The notes beneath the pieces were generated by a model that saw only the letters and a program-made list of their open reading frames with translations, was not told the DNA's origin and did not search any database. Shown one piece after another: positions 15,185 through 28,810 of a stretch of DNA of 64,000 nucleotides; position 1 is the first letter of the stretch, and each line of letters begins with the position of its first letter. Source of the stretch: the human T2T-CHM13v2.0 reference genome, Homo sapiens; assembly GCF_009914755.1 (NCBI RefSeq), contig NC_060934.1; one strand, 5' to 3'. The position numbers and the translations under genes were made by a program.

Positions 15185-16550
15185 AAAGGGACGCAGTGGT
15201 CCCGCCCATCGCCGCCTCTACAGGGAGGGAGCCGCGGCCCCGAGCTGGCCACGCGATGGCGCTGTGCACCCGGCCGCGGAGCCCCTGCACGTCCGGCTCC
15301 CGCTCGCGCTCTCGGCTCGAGCTCCGGACTCCAGGCTCGGAGCAGGGGTTCGGGCTACGGTTCCCGGCTCCGAGGGACCGCGGGGCTCTCTGCCTGGGAA
15401 GGAAGCTTGCGGGCCGCCTCGGGCCTCGCTGCAGCCCAGCTAGGTTAATCAATCAGCAGCCGCTCAGTCACCCATCCCTTCCGCATCAGTTGCGTGGGGC
15501 TGGGGATCATGCCTAGGGCGGGAGGCGTGGGAGCGCAGGGCGCCCCGGGTCCGGATCCGGCTACAGGGGCGAACAGAGCGGGTTCTCCATCCCCTGGGGT
15601 GAAATCTCTGGGCCCAGGCTTTGAGACCCTCTAACTCGCCTTGCACACCCTGTGTCTGCAGAGGAGGCTGTAGTTCAGAGGCCAAGCCCGCTGTCAGAAG
15701 GCAGCCAGGCGGACTTGAGTCCCAATTCCTCCTTCCTTTCTACCATCATTCTCTCTTTTGCAAAATGGGGATGATAAAGGTCCCGACCAGTTGGTAGGAT
15801 TGACGGAGATGGGGCAGCACAGGGCTCCTAAGCACAGTGCCCCGCGCCCAGTCGGCACCGCGGGACGCATCGTCTGCAGCCGCGTGAGCTCGGGCAAGGC
15901 GACCTGGACTCATCTCCGCAGCAGGGACGAGGTCCGCCCTGTACTTGCGGCATCTGCGTGTGGTGGAACTGACCGAAACGCTTGCGGAGCTGCGCACGGT
16001 GCCTGGCACACCGCTAGCAACCCTTCCCTTCCCTTGTTCTGCGCCTGTCCTGTGAGTGGACAGGAGGACACCCAGGGCCTCCGCTGCCTGTCCGATACTA
16101 GTCACCCCAGGGCCTAGAGGCTTATTCCCTGGAGATGGGACCCACGCCAAGCCAAGGTCTCCCATTTTCTAGAGAGAACTTGGGCAGCCGGGAATGCCAT
16201 CCTTGGAAGGAAAGGCAAGAGGGAGGTGAACATTCATTCCAAGGCCGTTAAACATGGGGAGAGGCACTGCTGGAAAACTGTTCTAGTCAGAAAGAAGCTG
16301 CTTAGTAAACCCAAGAGGCTCAGCGGAAACCCAGCCGCGGTGCTTGAGGACGTGGGGAGGCTCCAGCTCGCTCCGTTCCGTGTCTGACGTCTGCCCTGCG
16401 TGCGTCCCAAGGCTGTGTCCCTGCTCGGTGTCCCTGGCCCACCGGCCCTCCGGCTTGTCCCTCTGCGCGGTCACTGGGGCGTGCAGACCCGAGCCGGCCC
16501 TCCCTGAGTCAGCCAGGGACCCCGGAGTGTCGATAATTAAGAGACACACG
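15185..16550. promoter_or_regulatory. CpG island 1 (no gene evident)
   Basis: High GC with dense CpG/CGCG/CCGG; ATCAATCA (PBX-type) at 15448-15455; TGAGTCAGC (AP-1/ARE) at 16505-16513. Confidence 0.8.
15735..16020 (+). mobile_element. Two GC-shifted MIR remnants within CpG island 1
   Basis: tgcaaaatggggatgataa...agcacagtgcc and gcgtgagctcgggcaagg...gcacggtgcctggcacac. Confidence 0.6.
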
Positions 16551-18199
16551 TCAAGAATGTAAATTCCTGTGGTTCCCAGACTAGGAAGGGTTCACTCGGT
16601 GCCTCAGGACAATTACAAGCCGAGGGAGTCTGAAAGAGCCAGTGTTAGTGTTTAAAGTGTTATCAGTTTAATGAACTACTTATGAAGTGTTAAATGCATG
16701 CAAGTGTAAACTGCAACATCTGGGTTTGTGTTTTATTTGTAGACTTCAAACTGGGCGCTTGGTGTTTTGAAAATGCCAATTAACGGTGTAAAATCAGAAT
16801 TTCTAATGGGAGGAAGATGTTTTTGTGACATCTCCCTAAACTATCTGAAAATGTCTTTAAAACACACACACAAACATTCACACACAAACAATGCAGCCAC
16901 AAGGACTTAAAGGATTTTCTTTTTAAATAAAAAAAAAGCAGGAATTTGCTGCCCTCTTCTTTGTTCTTCACTATATATATGTATATAGCTAGTGGAAAGA
17001 AGAATTTAACATCAGAGGTGTCATCAGCACAAATTTCTCAGAGGTTGTTGTAGGAAATTTGTCATTTCTACCCATTTCTTCCAGGCCAGAAAATAGATCG
17101 CCTTCAGGAATATTTACTGTGCTTTCTTGAGAAAAATTTCCAAGCTACCCCTTGAAGCAATGAAGTTGGATTTGGAACAAGTGGAAACATTATAAAATTG
17201 CTTATTTTCTTCCAAAATTTGTATTTTTCTTCCTTATTTCCTGTTAAATCAGTGCCACTCATTAGCAACCATATTTTTGCATTATATACTCAGCAGAATT
17301 TTTGCTCCGTGACTGCATTCCAAATTAAACTTTTACATTTCCAGGGAAAGTGTAACAAATGTCTAAATCAGTCAGAATTTAAACTAATGAGAGGAAGGGA
17401 AGAAAACTCAACTTTCTTCTTCTCGTATAAAAGCGATTGCTTTTTATCTGTTTCATGCTTCGGGGACACTTTTATCCCTGGGATCTTGAAAGGATCATTC
17501 ACAAAGCAAGAAGGCTCAGGAAAACAAAAAGATGTCTAAATTCAGCGCTGTTGAAGAGTTCTGACAAATGCTGGTTTCAGGAAACAAAGGCAGACACTTT
17601 GAGGATTTCATTGCAAGATTTGGATAGGGCTGCCTGTAACCAGTGGCCCTACCGTAGAGCTGGAAGGATGTCACAGGTGGTATGGTGGAATTCCGCCATG
17701 TGATAGCAGCATACCCAAGATAATTCGTTGATAAGGTTGCAGATAGAGACTTTACCCTTTGCTGAGTGTTCCTTAATTGGCAGCTACCAGTCTCATTTAT
17801 GGGTGCCCCTCTGCCAGGGTGCGGTGAAGAGAGCTAAGTGCAAGTTATTGCTTTCTGGCCAATAGCACATGATCCTCTTAATAAAAAGAGGGTGACCACA
17901 CATGTTAATTTCCTGTCAACGTGACCCAGCAAGGCCCAAGCTGTTCCTTCACTCTGTCCTTCTTGCTTCTCCATTCCAAAGCAAAAGGCCACTGTGAGCC
18001 GGGAAAAATCAAAAGATCAGTTTTTTGGAAGAAAGTTGTAAACTTGACCTCATAGAGGGAGACAATGTTGGCTGTTCAGGTCAACAAGAGTTATATACAC
18101 ACCAGGTCTGCAGTAGCCTGGACTGTGCCTTTTAAGACATTTTTGGTAGCACAATTCAGCCCAGAATATTTTGAGAAAGAAGTATATTAAAAGTATTCT

Positions 18200-19300
18200 A
18201 TCACAATGGGGAGAAAAGGGTGGGGGGATGGTATTTTAAAGCTTCAATAGCCAAATTAAACTGTGAACAGAAGAATCGATGTAACAGAATGTCTCAACCA
18301 CAGGCCTTAATAGAGGTAATATAGACAAAAAAATTAGTATGTGGTAAAGATCTGTGAGGAAAGAGAGATTAGTCAATAAATGATGTCAAGACCAATCATA
18401 TGGAAAAAATTAAAGGTAATCCCTATACCAAAATAAATTCCACATGCATTTAACAGTTATATGCAAAAATAACATAAAAATAAAAGACAGGTAAACTTCA
18501 GATCTTGAGAGCAGGACTTTGTTGATATAAAAGCTTAGGAATAGGTTAAAAAGTAAAAGATTATTGAGTTTGATGACAGAAACATTAAAACTTCTAGATA
18601 TCGGTAACACTGGAAAGATGTTTGGATAAATATCAGAAAGAATCTTATTTTTATGTGAAAGTTTATTGCAAAACAATGAGAAAAGTGCTATCCTAATACA
18701 GTTAAGTTGGACAAAGAACACAAGTAAATAATAAAAATACAAATATTCAATAAACAAGATATTCAAATATCAAAAACAAAATAAAAATTCGTTTTGCCCG
18801 TCAAATTCCTATACGACATGCACCGTTACACATTGCAGGTGTGACTTTCCACTGACAGAAACTTTCTGTAATTGATTGAGGGCCTTAAAAGTGGCCATAT
18901 CCTTTTGTAATTTTTTCCTATTTCTACAAATGCTCTACAAATCAGATAAAAGTACAAAGACTTATTTTCAGGGATGTCCACTTTGGGCATTAGTTAAACA
19001 TTTTGAGAAATAAGCTATATAACCAGTAACAAGAATGACTATCATCCAAATGCTAGAATAATACGCAGCCATTAACTTTTTAAATATTTAAGGATGTGGG
19101 GGCATGATCACGATGTCATGCTAAGTGCAAGACTTTGGATGTCAAAAGGTACATATTGAATATAGCAAAACACTAAAAGAAAAAATCCAAAAGTTTTCAG
19201 TGGGGTTAGTGAGAATTGTGTATAATTTTAATTATCTCTTTTTATGTGCTCATTTTTTCCACAATAAAATATATAAATTTATGATAGAAAACAAGTTATT
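18200..19300 (+). mobile_element. Old L1M fragment
   Basis: A-rich degenerate ORF2/3'UTR phrases (tagtcaataaatgatg, ataccaaaataaattcc, tacgcagccattaa). Confidence 0.55.
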
Positions 19301-19848
19301 GAAAATAGCCTGACCATCTCTGTCTGATCTCCCCACACAGACTCTGTTGGCAGCTGGTGGGGGCAGATGTTTTTCCCAGGCGGTGGTGAAAATATGCTTA
19401 GCAGGAGACATGGCTGCGTTCTCACGAAGTGGGCCTGGTACCCCATGAGCTTCTTGAATGTTTGTTCTGCACTCATCCAATCCCTCAGAGCAGCCCAGTC
19501 AGGGAAGAAGAGTTTTCAAAACCCTCAAGGAGCTGTGGCCTCTCTTGCCCACAGCCATCTGTGTATCTACCTCTCCGCAGGTGCGGGTCTTGCTCCCCTA
19601 CCTTTTTGGGTATTGTGGAAGATACTGTCAAATTAGGGGTGGCTTAGGGTTGGGTAGATGTTTCTGTGCTCTGTCTACCATGATTCTGTGTCTTGGCCAA
19701 AGATAGGCGCAGATAGACTCCACCAATCCCAATGCTTCCTAGCTCTGGACTCTGTCGCATAAACTGGAAAAAGAACTTTAAAACACGCTCAGGAGCACAA
19801 TTGGCCTTCAGAGCCGTCCCTTTTAAAGATTTACTCTAGTGCTGTATA

Positions 19849-20041
19849 CAGGGGTGTGCAGGAGTCCGCGCATGCTACTTGTGAGAACCAATTGTGTGCA
19901 TCTCTTCCCAACTGTTGTTTATCACATTAGTAGCTTAAGATTGGCCATTGTAGGAGTTTTACACCACAGAAATAGCCGAACGCTACAAATCAGGGTGGCT
20001 TTTTTTTTTTTTTATGGAGAAAAATCTACAGCATACCAATG
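19849..20041 (+). mobile_element. MER63A-like hAT MITE
   Basis: caggggtgtgcaggag...tgtgtgcatctcttcccaac...cgctacaaatcaggg...cagcataccaatg. Confidence 0.7.
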
Positions 20042-20044
20042 GCT

Positions 20045-20525
20045 ATGCTTAAAACAACATTTTATTGTCTCTCCCAGTTTCTGTGGGACAGGAAATTGAG
20101 AGGGGCTTGATTAAATGGTCCTGGGTCTCTTATGCAGTTACAGTCAGACAGTGTGGCTGGGGCTGGGAGAGGGGGAGGGTGAGCAGCTGGGGGTTGACTG
20201 GGAATCTCTCACCCTTTGTTGTCACGTGGTTTCTGCATGTAGGATAGCTTGGGCTTCCTCACAACATGGCAGTCAGAACAGTCAGAGTGATTCTCAGGGC
20301 TCCAGTTAGTTTTCTGTTGCCATGGCAGAGCTGAATTGCTTTATGATCTGGCTACTGAAGTCTGACAACATTACTTCCACTGCATTCTATTGAGTACATG
20401 TGAGTCAGAAGCCCATCCTGTTTTAAGGGGAGAGGAATTACACTCCACCTCTCAATGGGTGAATGGTAAGTTTCTCAAAAAGCATGTAGGATGAGAAGTA
20501 TTGTTTTGGAAAATATAATCTGCCA
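20045..20525 (-). mobile_element. Old MLT1 MaLR LTR
   Basis: gcttaaaacaacattttatt...gcttgggcttcctcacaacatggc...ttacactccacctctcaatggg. Confidence 0.65.
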
Positions 20526-21569
20526 GAGAGTTTAAAAGTATACTTTGGGATTTGCCTTTCAAGGCTACTGGACATTTTTCTAGCTATTTGGTGGGTGTGG
20601 CTACCTTTCCACTGTTGGGCATATATTTGATTTGTGAGAACAGACAAAAGATATTGAAAGCCGACTCCAGCAAACAATGCAGATAACTCTGCAGGATGAC
20701 AATGGATCCGGAATAGGAAATGTTACAATGGTAACAGCCAGCTGAGACCTGACCAGGGGCCCAGAGACATTTCCAAGAGGATGGAGGAGCCCTTCTCAGC
20801 TACATCTCAGAAATAAATGCACAGCCTTCTAAGGGACTACTGTGAAAGACAAGGTGTTCTGGACTACATATTACAAAAGTGCCATGTTTTACTATGAAAC
20901 CTGTCTCATTGCCTTGTAGCCACATTGCACTTTTCTTTGGTAACCATCAAAATATTTTGCATTGTGTCAGGCACATGATGGAAACAAAGTAAATATCTGA
21001 GTGACTGATTGATATAGCTAAGCCAGTCCCTGGTTCAACTAGGTCCTTAGGCATTAGTTGGACTTGGCCAACTATCAAAAGAGAAGGTGACCCTTTCTCA
21101 TCAAAACCACTTATAGAAATTCTAATGTGTTTAAACTGGGGGACTCGGGATATGAATACAAATGTACATTTCTCTTGATACACACTTCTTAGTTTATCTC
21201 TTTCTAAACTTCGTAAATCTATTTCCTGCCATCCTTGTTGACAGGGCTCATAGAGGGGAGGGGTGGGAACAATGGATGCTACTCCAGGTTTCTTCATGGC
21301 CTTGAGGTAGACCCAGATAAACCTTAACTGGCTTATTTCTGCTCAAGCCACTAAGCGTCTTCTTTTAGTTCTTAGACCCCACTTGACCAATTATGAATCA
21401 ACCATCAAATATTTACCAAGGTCCTAACCTATTCTGCCACTAGGATAGAGATACACATAAAAGTCCTTATGTATCTGTACTTTCTCATTAATTAAAGCTC
21501 AGAATTTCCCCTCCGTGTCCCCAAAACTAAAACAATCTTTTAGTAAGACTCATGATTGTAGACTTATTG

Positions 21570-22007
21570 ATGGTTAGATGGGATGGTGGAGACGTTTCCT
21601 GCTCACCAAATACCATATCCCCTTTCCCGAGCATATTCGCCAGCCTCCTTGCAGATAGGTGGGGCTGTGTGACTAGTTCTGGCCAATGAGCTGAGAAAGA
21701 AAATGATACATGGAACCTCTAGGGTTCTCCAAGAAACTTCCAGGTTGATGCATGATTCCAGGTTGGGTTGGGATATCCAAGGGTTCTCTTCTTCCATGAT
21801 AATCATAGAGGTCATATGTTCCCAAGAATGTAGCCACAAGATGCAGGAATCACCATTAGTCTGGCTCTTTAAGTGGCTATGTAGAGCACTAGCTCCCTTG
21901 AATATCCCGCAGCCCCTGGCCAACCCATACTGGGTTACATTAAGACACTAAAGTTTTAGGGGTAAGTAGTTCTTGCAGTATAGCCTCAGCTAGCCTGACT
22001 AATACAC
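21570..22007 (+). mobile_element. MLT1J-type MaLR LTR
   Basis: gtgactagttctggccaatgag...gccacaagatg...tagcctgactaataca. Confidence 0.65.
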
Positions 22008-22356
22008 ATGGTCCACAACTAAAGAGCAGGAGCAGGAGTTGGCAAGGGTCTCATGAGAGGCTAGCTGAGTGGTCCTATATACAAAGCACACCACTCAGCT
22101 GGTCCAGGTGTGAGAAGCTACTTGGCTAGTGGGAAAAATTCCACCTAACTTTTGTTTTAGGAAAACTTAAAATGAGACTCTCAATGGCCAATAAAGGACA
22201 TTTCCTTTGGACACAATAAATATTTGACATTTGACATTATTGTTATTATGGGATATATTTGTGGGTTCAGGATTATGACCATGTGTAGAGAGTCTAAAAG
22301 CCAATGTCTGATGAGCTAGGTGAACATTTGGCATTCTGAGAATATGTAAACATCAC

Positions 22357-22357
<1 letters not shown>

Positions 22358-22388
<31 letters not shown>
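22358..22388. repeat. (TG)15 microsatellite
   Basis: Perfect dinucleotide run. Confidence 0.98.
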
Positions 22389-22390
<2 letters not shown>

Positions 22391-22612
22391 ACGTATCTAT
22401 AAAGTTCAGATGAGTTGAGAATATAATAAATGGGAGTTTTTAATCTGCATATTTTGTAGCTGGCAACCCAATGGCTCTACACTAGAAGCCGATATCAAAT
22501 AATAGGAGATTATCATAAACTAAGTCAGAGGCCAGAAAATCAGCCCCCAAAGGAAGGCCAGTTATATACTAAAATATTAGGCCGTGAAATATAGTTGTTA
22601 AAAGTGCATTTT

Positions 22613-22912
<300 letters not shown>

Positions 22913-23118
22913 GTATATTCTTTGAACTCTGCCTGAGTTAGAATCTTGGTTGCACCCCTCTTCAGATGTATGACCTTGGGTTAGTTATATAATCTCTATG
23001 TGCCTCAGTTTCCTCATTTGAAAAATATTGATGTCATATTATTGTTATGGCGATTAAAAGCAGTAACTGCATTAGGATTACGTTTGGCTGTTGTAATAGC
23101 ATACCTCAAATAACAATG

Positions 23119-23473
23119 TATCTGAGTCACCATGGGCTTCTATAACAAAATATCATAGACTGGGTGGTTTAAACAACCGATATTTATTTCTCACAGTTCT
23201 GGAGGCTGGGAAGTACAAGATCAAGTTTCTAGCAGATTTAGTTCCTGGTGAGGACCCTCTTCCTGGCTTGCAAACTTCTCACATGGTGGAAAGAGAGTAC
23301 TCTAATTTTTCTTCCTCTTCTTATGAGGACAGTAATCCCATGATGGGGTCTCCACTCTATGACCTTATCCAAACCCAATGACCTTCCAAAAGCTCACCTC
23401 CAAATACCATCATGTTGGGGTTTAGGGTTTTAACATATGAATTTTGGGAGACATAATCATTCAGTCTATAATA
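23119..23473 (-). mobile_element. MLT1A-type LTR nested in an older MLT1 (~23070-23870)
   Basis: tatctgagtc...cagtctataata; near-TSD caatg/cagtg; host LTR resumes at cagtggcttaaa. Confidence 0.75.
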
Positions 23474-24677
23474 CAGTGGCTTAAAAAAAGAAAGATTTAT
23501 TTCTCTTACCCCCAAAGAAAGACCAAAGCTAGGCAATAGTATGTAGTCCACGGTGTCAGAGACCCAGGCTCCTTCTAAGTTGTTGCTGCTCCACCATCTT
23601 CAACACGTCTCTTCCACTTAATGATCTAAGATGGCAACTGGAGTTCCAGCCATCAGATCTTCACTCCAGCCAGCACAAAGGAATAAGAGAGAAATACAAG
23701 GCAAAGGGCTCATTCTGTATGTCTCCTTGACTGGAACTTGGTCCCATGGCTGCCCCTAAATGAGAGAGGCTTGTAGGCTTGTAAATGTGGTCTCTATACA
23801 GGGAAGCCACATGCCTAGCTTAAAACCTTGGGTTCTTTAGTTAAAGAAAAGCAGGAAAGCAGGTATCAAAGTATATAATTTGTAGTCTGCTTGAAACAGT
23901 GCCTGGTACTCAGTGAGCAGACAATGAACATAAACTATTAACTCTTATCAGAAGTCTGCCATATTGGATGGAGCTAGTTATGCTTCAAGCACGTCATAGG
24001 CCTCATCACCGTGCTCAGAGCACTTTTTTGGCTGAGTTTCATGCTCAGGATGAGTAAACAGACTGCCCTTCTGCTTTAACGGAGTAGCTACAACAATTAA
24101 AACATAAAAAGAGCTAAAGCTGGCATAGGAATAGTTAGACTGAATCTTAGGTTCCCTGGGAGAGAACATACCTGCACCTGAATGATGCTAAGGGCATTGG
24201 TACACTGTGGCTGCAAGGGGAGCCCTGGGGGAGCAGTTGGTACAGGGGACATGCTCCTCCAGCTAGTGGGAGGGTTTCAGACAGATGTGGCCACATGCAA
24301 TGCCAATGAGAACTGCTCTGATTCTTCTCAAGGACATATAAGGTGACATGTCAATGGTAGCTTCTCTTCCCAAGCTCATGGGCAAGGGCGGAGGGAAGAA
24401 GAGGAAATAGAAGACAAATGAGACTTGGAGAAAGCCTTGGATCTGGGAAAAACTGCCACTCCCTAACCTTGTCCCCAAAGCCTTTGGTTGCCAAGACTGC
24501 AGGGGAGCCACTGGCCCTACCCTAGGTTTGTGCAACAAATAAGGGAATGGCTTGTGGTGTTCTAACCTCTTCCATCTCTGACTCTCTGGTTATCTTCCTG
24601 GAAGCAGAGGCAGGAGAGGCCATCTTTGCCCCAGGTTAGTCAGCTATCTCTTAGAGGCTTCACCCTATGAATGTTTT

Positions 24678-24993
<316 letters not shown>

Positions 24994-25025
24994 CTATGAA
25001 TGTTTTGGATCCTGTGTTTCTAAAC

Positions 25026-25859
<834 letters not shown>

Positions 25860-25974
25860 TTCTAAGCAAAAGAATTTTCATACACATTAGTGTGCAGGTA
25901 CACATTACTGCGCATGCACACATATGTACACTTAAAAGTATATTGTGACCAAATATCTTCTCATACCGCTAGAC

Positions 25975-26215
25975 CAAGGAGTAGCATACTTTTTCTGTAA
26001 AGGACCAGAGAGCAAATGTTTCAGGCTTTTTGGGGCTGTCTAGTCTCTGTAGGGACCACTCAGCCCTACTGTAGTATCGACAAATCAGACACAGATGATC
26101 GCTAATAAGTGGGTGTGGCCATGTTCCAATAAAATTATTTATGAACACTGAAATTTGAACTTTGTATAACTTTCACTTTGCATAATTTCATAAAATGTTA
26201 TTCTTCTGCAAATCT
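25975..26215 (+). mobile_element. MER58B-like hAT MITE (partial)
   Basis: ttttctgtaaaggaccag...ggccatgttccaataaaattatttatgaacactgaaatttg. Confidence 0.7.
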
Positions 26216-26734
26216 TCTTCTTCTTCCACATAAATACATTTATAAATCAGATAACATCCTTGTTTTCTACTTTTTGACATGGGAAATGTGATTATCCATG
26301 CCACGTCACTGCTTTTCTCAATGCTATCAATGGCCTTTAGATTAAGTGGGTGGTGAAGGTCAAGGGAGTCATCAGAAGTTTGCTTCTCTGGGAAGGCACA
26401 TGTGAGCTGGGTGCTTATGCCTCAGAGATGTCTACGAGGAACCCAGCCAAAGGCAGGGCTAATGAAAGAAGAAACCGAGAAATTCATTATGCTGAACTGG
26501 GATCCAAAGTGTATAACAACCTCTAACATTTATTTTCCCACTCATTCAACACACACTGTATTTATGCGCTTACTATGTACCAGGCATTAAGAGTTAAAAG
26601 ATAAAATTTGAATTCTATTTGCCAAAGAGACTTTCTGGAAAGCTTTTGGGAAAGGATGTCCACGAATAGAGGAGGTCTGTAATCCACAGGCAAGACCTCT
26701 GCAGTCTGAAAGATTCATACACCTAAGATACATA

Positions 26735-27333
26735 CAGTCATTCTCATCATCTGTGGTGGTTATGTTCAATACAGGCACTCTGAACACCGAATTAGCACGT
26801 CCTGACCCACTGCTCCCAGGGGAAATACAAGGTTTGGTCCCTGTGAGCCTCTGATCATACTGTTTTTGTCAACAGATCAATGCATAACCGTGTTTTATGT
26901 GTGTTTCTGTTTAAAGACCCCTTATTTAATGTATACTGTTGACTCACTGATATTGAACTCAGTGCCCATGGCACTATCACTTATGCATGAACAAGCTTAT
27001 CTAACGCATAAACTCTCTCTATAAGGCAGGAAAGACCCTTCTTGCGCTTAGGAACACCAGACGGCACTTCAGCACTGTGCCTAGGGGCCATTTTAAACAG
27101 CGAAATCATCAAGAAAAAAGCACAAAAATGAGAAAAATGTTGCACTAAACAGAGCATGAAAGGACATTTGCTCATAGTGTGAGAGCTGAACATGCACATA
27201 CGTGTTCATCACTCTGCGCTTGTCTGTGAATGACCGTGAACATGCTGCAAGTCTTGATTTGGGGGTTACAAGTTAATTTTATCAAGTAGAAGAATTTGCC
27301 AACATGGAATTTATGAACAATGAGGATCAATTA
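26735..27333 (+). mobile_element. MER82 (Tigger) MITE
   Basis: TA|cagtcattctc ... gaggatcaatta|TA; internal aggggaaatacaaggtttgg. Confidence 0.75.
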
Positions 27334-28669
27334 TATATATTTTTGGTGTCAGAGAAGAGCTCACGATGGAACCCCGTACACTTGTTTGGGAGGGGAGTTC
27401 GGTTGTGTGCACCTAAAATCTTTGATGCTGGGAGTCCAACTTTGGAAACTTATCTGGAGAAAATTATCAGGCAAATGAGTGAATGATTGTGTACAAGGAT
27501 GTTCATTTATAATTTAATGAAACACTATGCAATCATGAAAATGCATTGATGAATATTTATTAACATGAAAAATTTATGAAATGTAAAATGAAAATACAGT
27601 CAAACAATATACACATCATAGGCCCATTTTTGTGATTAATATATTTTATTTATGATGTCTAAAACAGATATATTTAGTTTATAATCCAGATATTTTCAAT
27701 TTCTGAGTAGAAAAAATTCTGAAATTATATATATTACTAAGGTACCATGTCTGGGAGTTGGGATTATAGAACAATTTAGTTTTGTTCTTTGTACTTTTCC
27801 GTGTTTTCTAAATTTGTTTACAGTGAAAGAACTGCTTCTATAATTAGAAATGTATTGTTTCACAATGAAGATTTTTAAGGTTCTTACTCTCTGCCAGGCA
27901 TAGGGCTAAGTTCCTTAACTCTTGAATTTTTATTAAAATTGTATGAAACAATCATTTATATTTCACTATTTATAATAAAAATAGAAAAAACCTCAAGATT
28001 CCCTAGCCTCATTCCTCAGATTTGGAAGGCCCTCGAAGGCCAGCTCCCCCCGACACATCTTGCTGCCATTCTGGGAACCGGAATCAGAGGTGGAGACTCT
28101 GGCCCAAGTCCCCACTGCTCAGAAAAGTGCTGAGGTCTGAGTCTTTCCAGCCAGGGCAGAATTCCTGGGGCTTGGCCACAGGGACAGGACTAACAGATTC
28201 AGGCAGGAATTTTGTCTGTCTCCTCTATTTTTAAAAGAAATAGCCCCTGCCTAAACTGGGTTGAGCCTTGTATTATCTGGTTTTCTTCAAAGCCTGAGCA
28301 AAGACGAGCTGCCGCTATCCAGTTATGTGGGACTGTCTGGGGAACGGGGTTTCTGGGAGAGAGGGTACTCTGCCCAGAAACAACTCAATTGTCAGCAGGG
28401 CCCATTACTGCACGAAGATGAGCTTAACAGATGTCAGCCCATCAGCGTGAGAGTTTCTGCTTGTAATTTATCCTTTGGAGCATTGCTCTATCCCCAACTT
28501 ATATTTTTCTAACAGTCAACAAATCAAAAAATGACCAAAGGTGATAATGGGGACCGAGTTTGGGCTCCCACCCTTTCCACATGGCACCTTCCCTAGTACC
28601 AGTCTCTCTAGTGTGATATTTGACGAATCCCCGACTTTCCAGCTTTTTCGTTTTACTCCATTACTTAAA

Positions 28670-28810
28670 AACTGCAGAGTCTACTAGATTTGAGGCCAGA
28701 GGACTTCGATGCAGGTGCCAGTCTGCCTCATCTGCCTGTGTGACCTTGACTAAGCCACTCATCCTTTCTGGCCGTTGGGTTACCCATTTGGAAAATCAGT
28801 TCGAAAAATT
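28670..28810 (+). mobile_element. MIR
   Basis: gcctgtgtgaccttgactaagccactcatcctttctg core. Confidence 0.6.

Noticed and set aside
14986-15252. Chimeric ORF running from the CpG island in frame into L1 ORF2
   Set aside because: It has a GTG start, frameshifts after about 80 codons, and in-frame fusion has a 1-in-3 chance; there is no evidence of translation.
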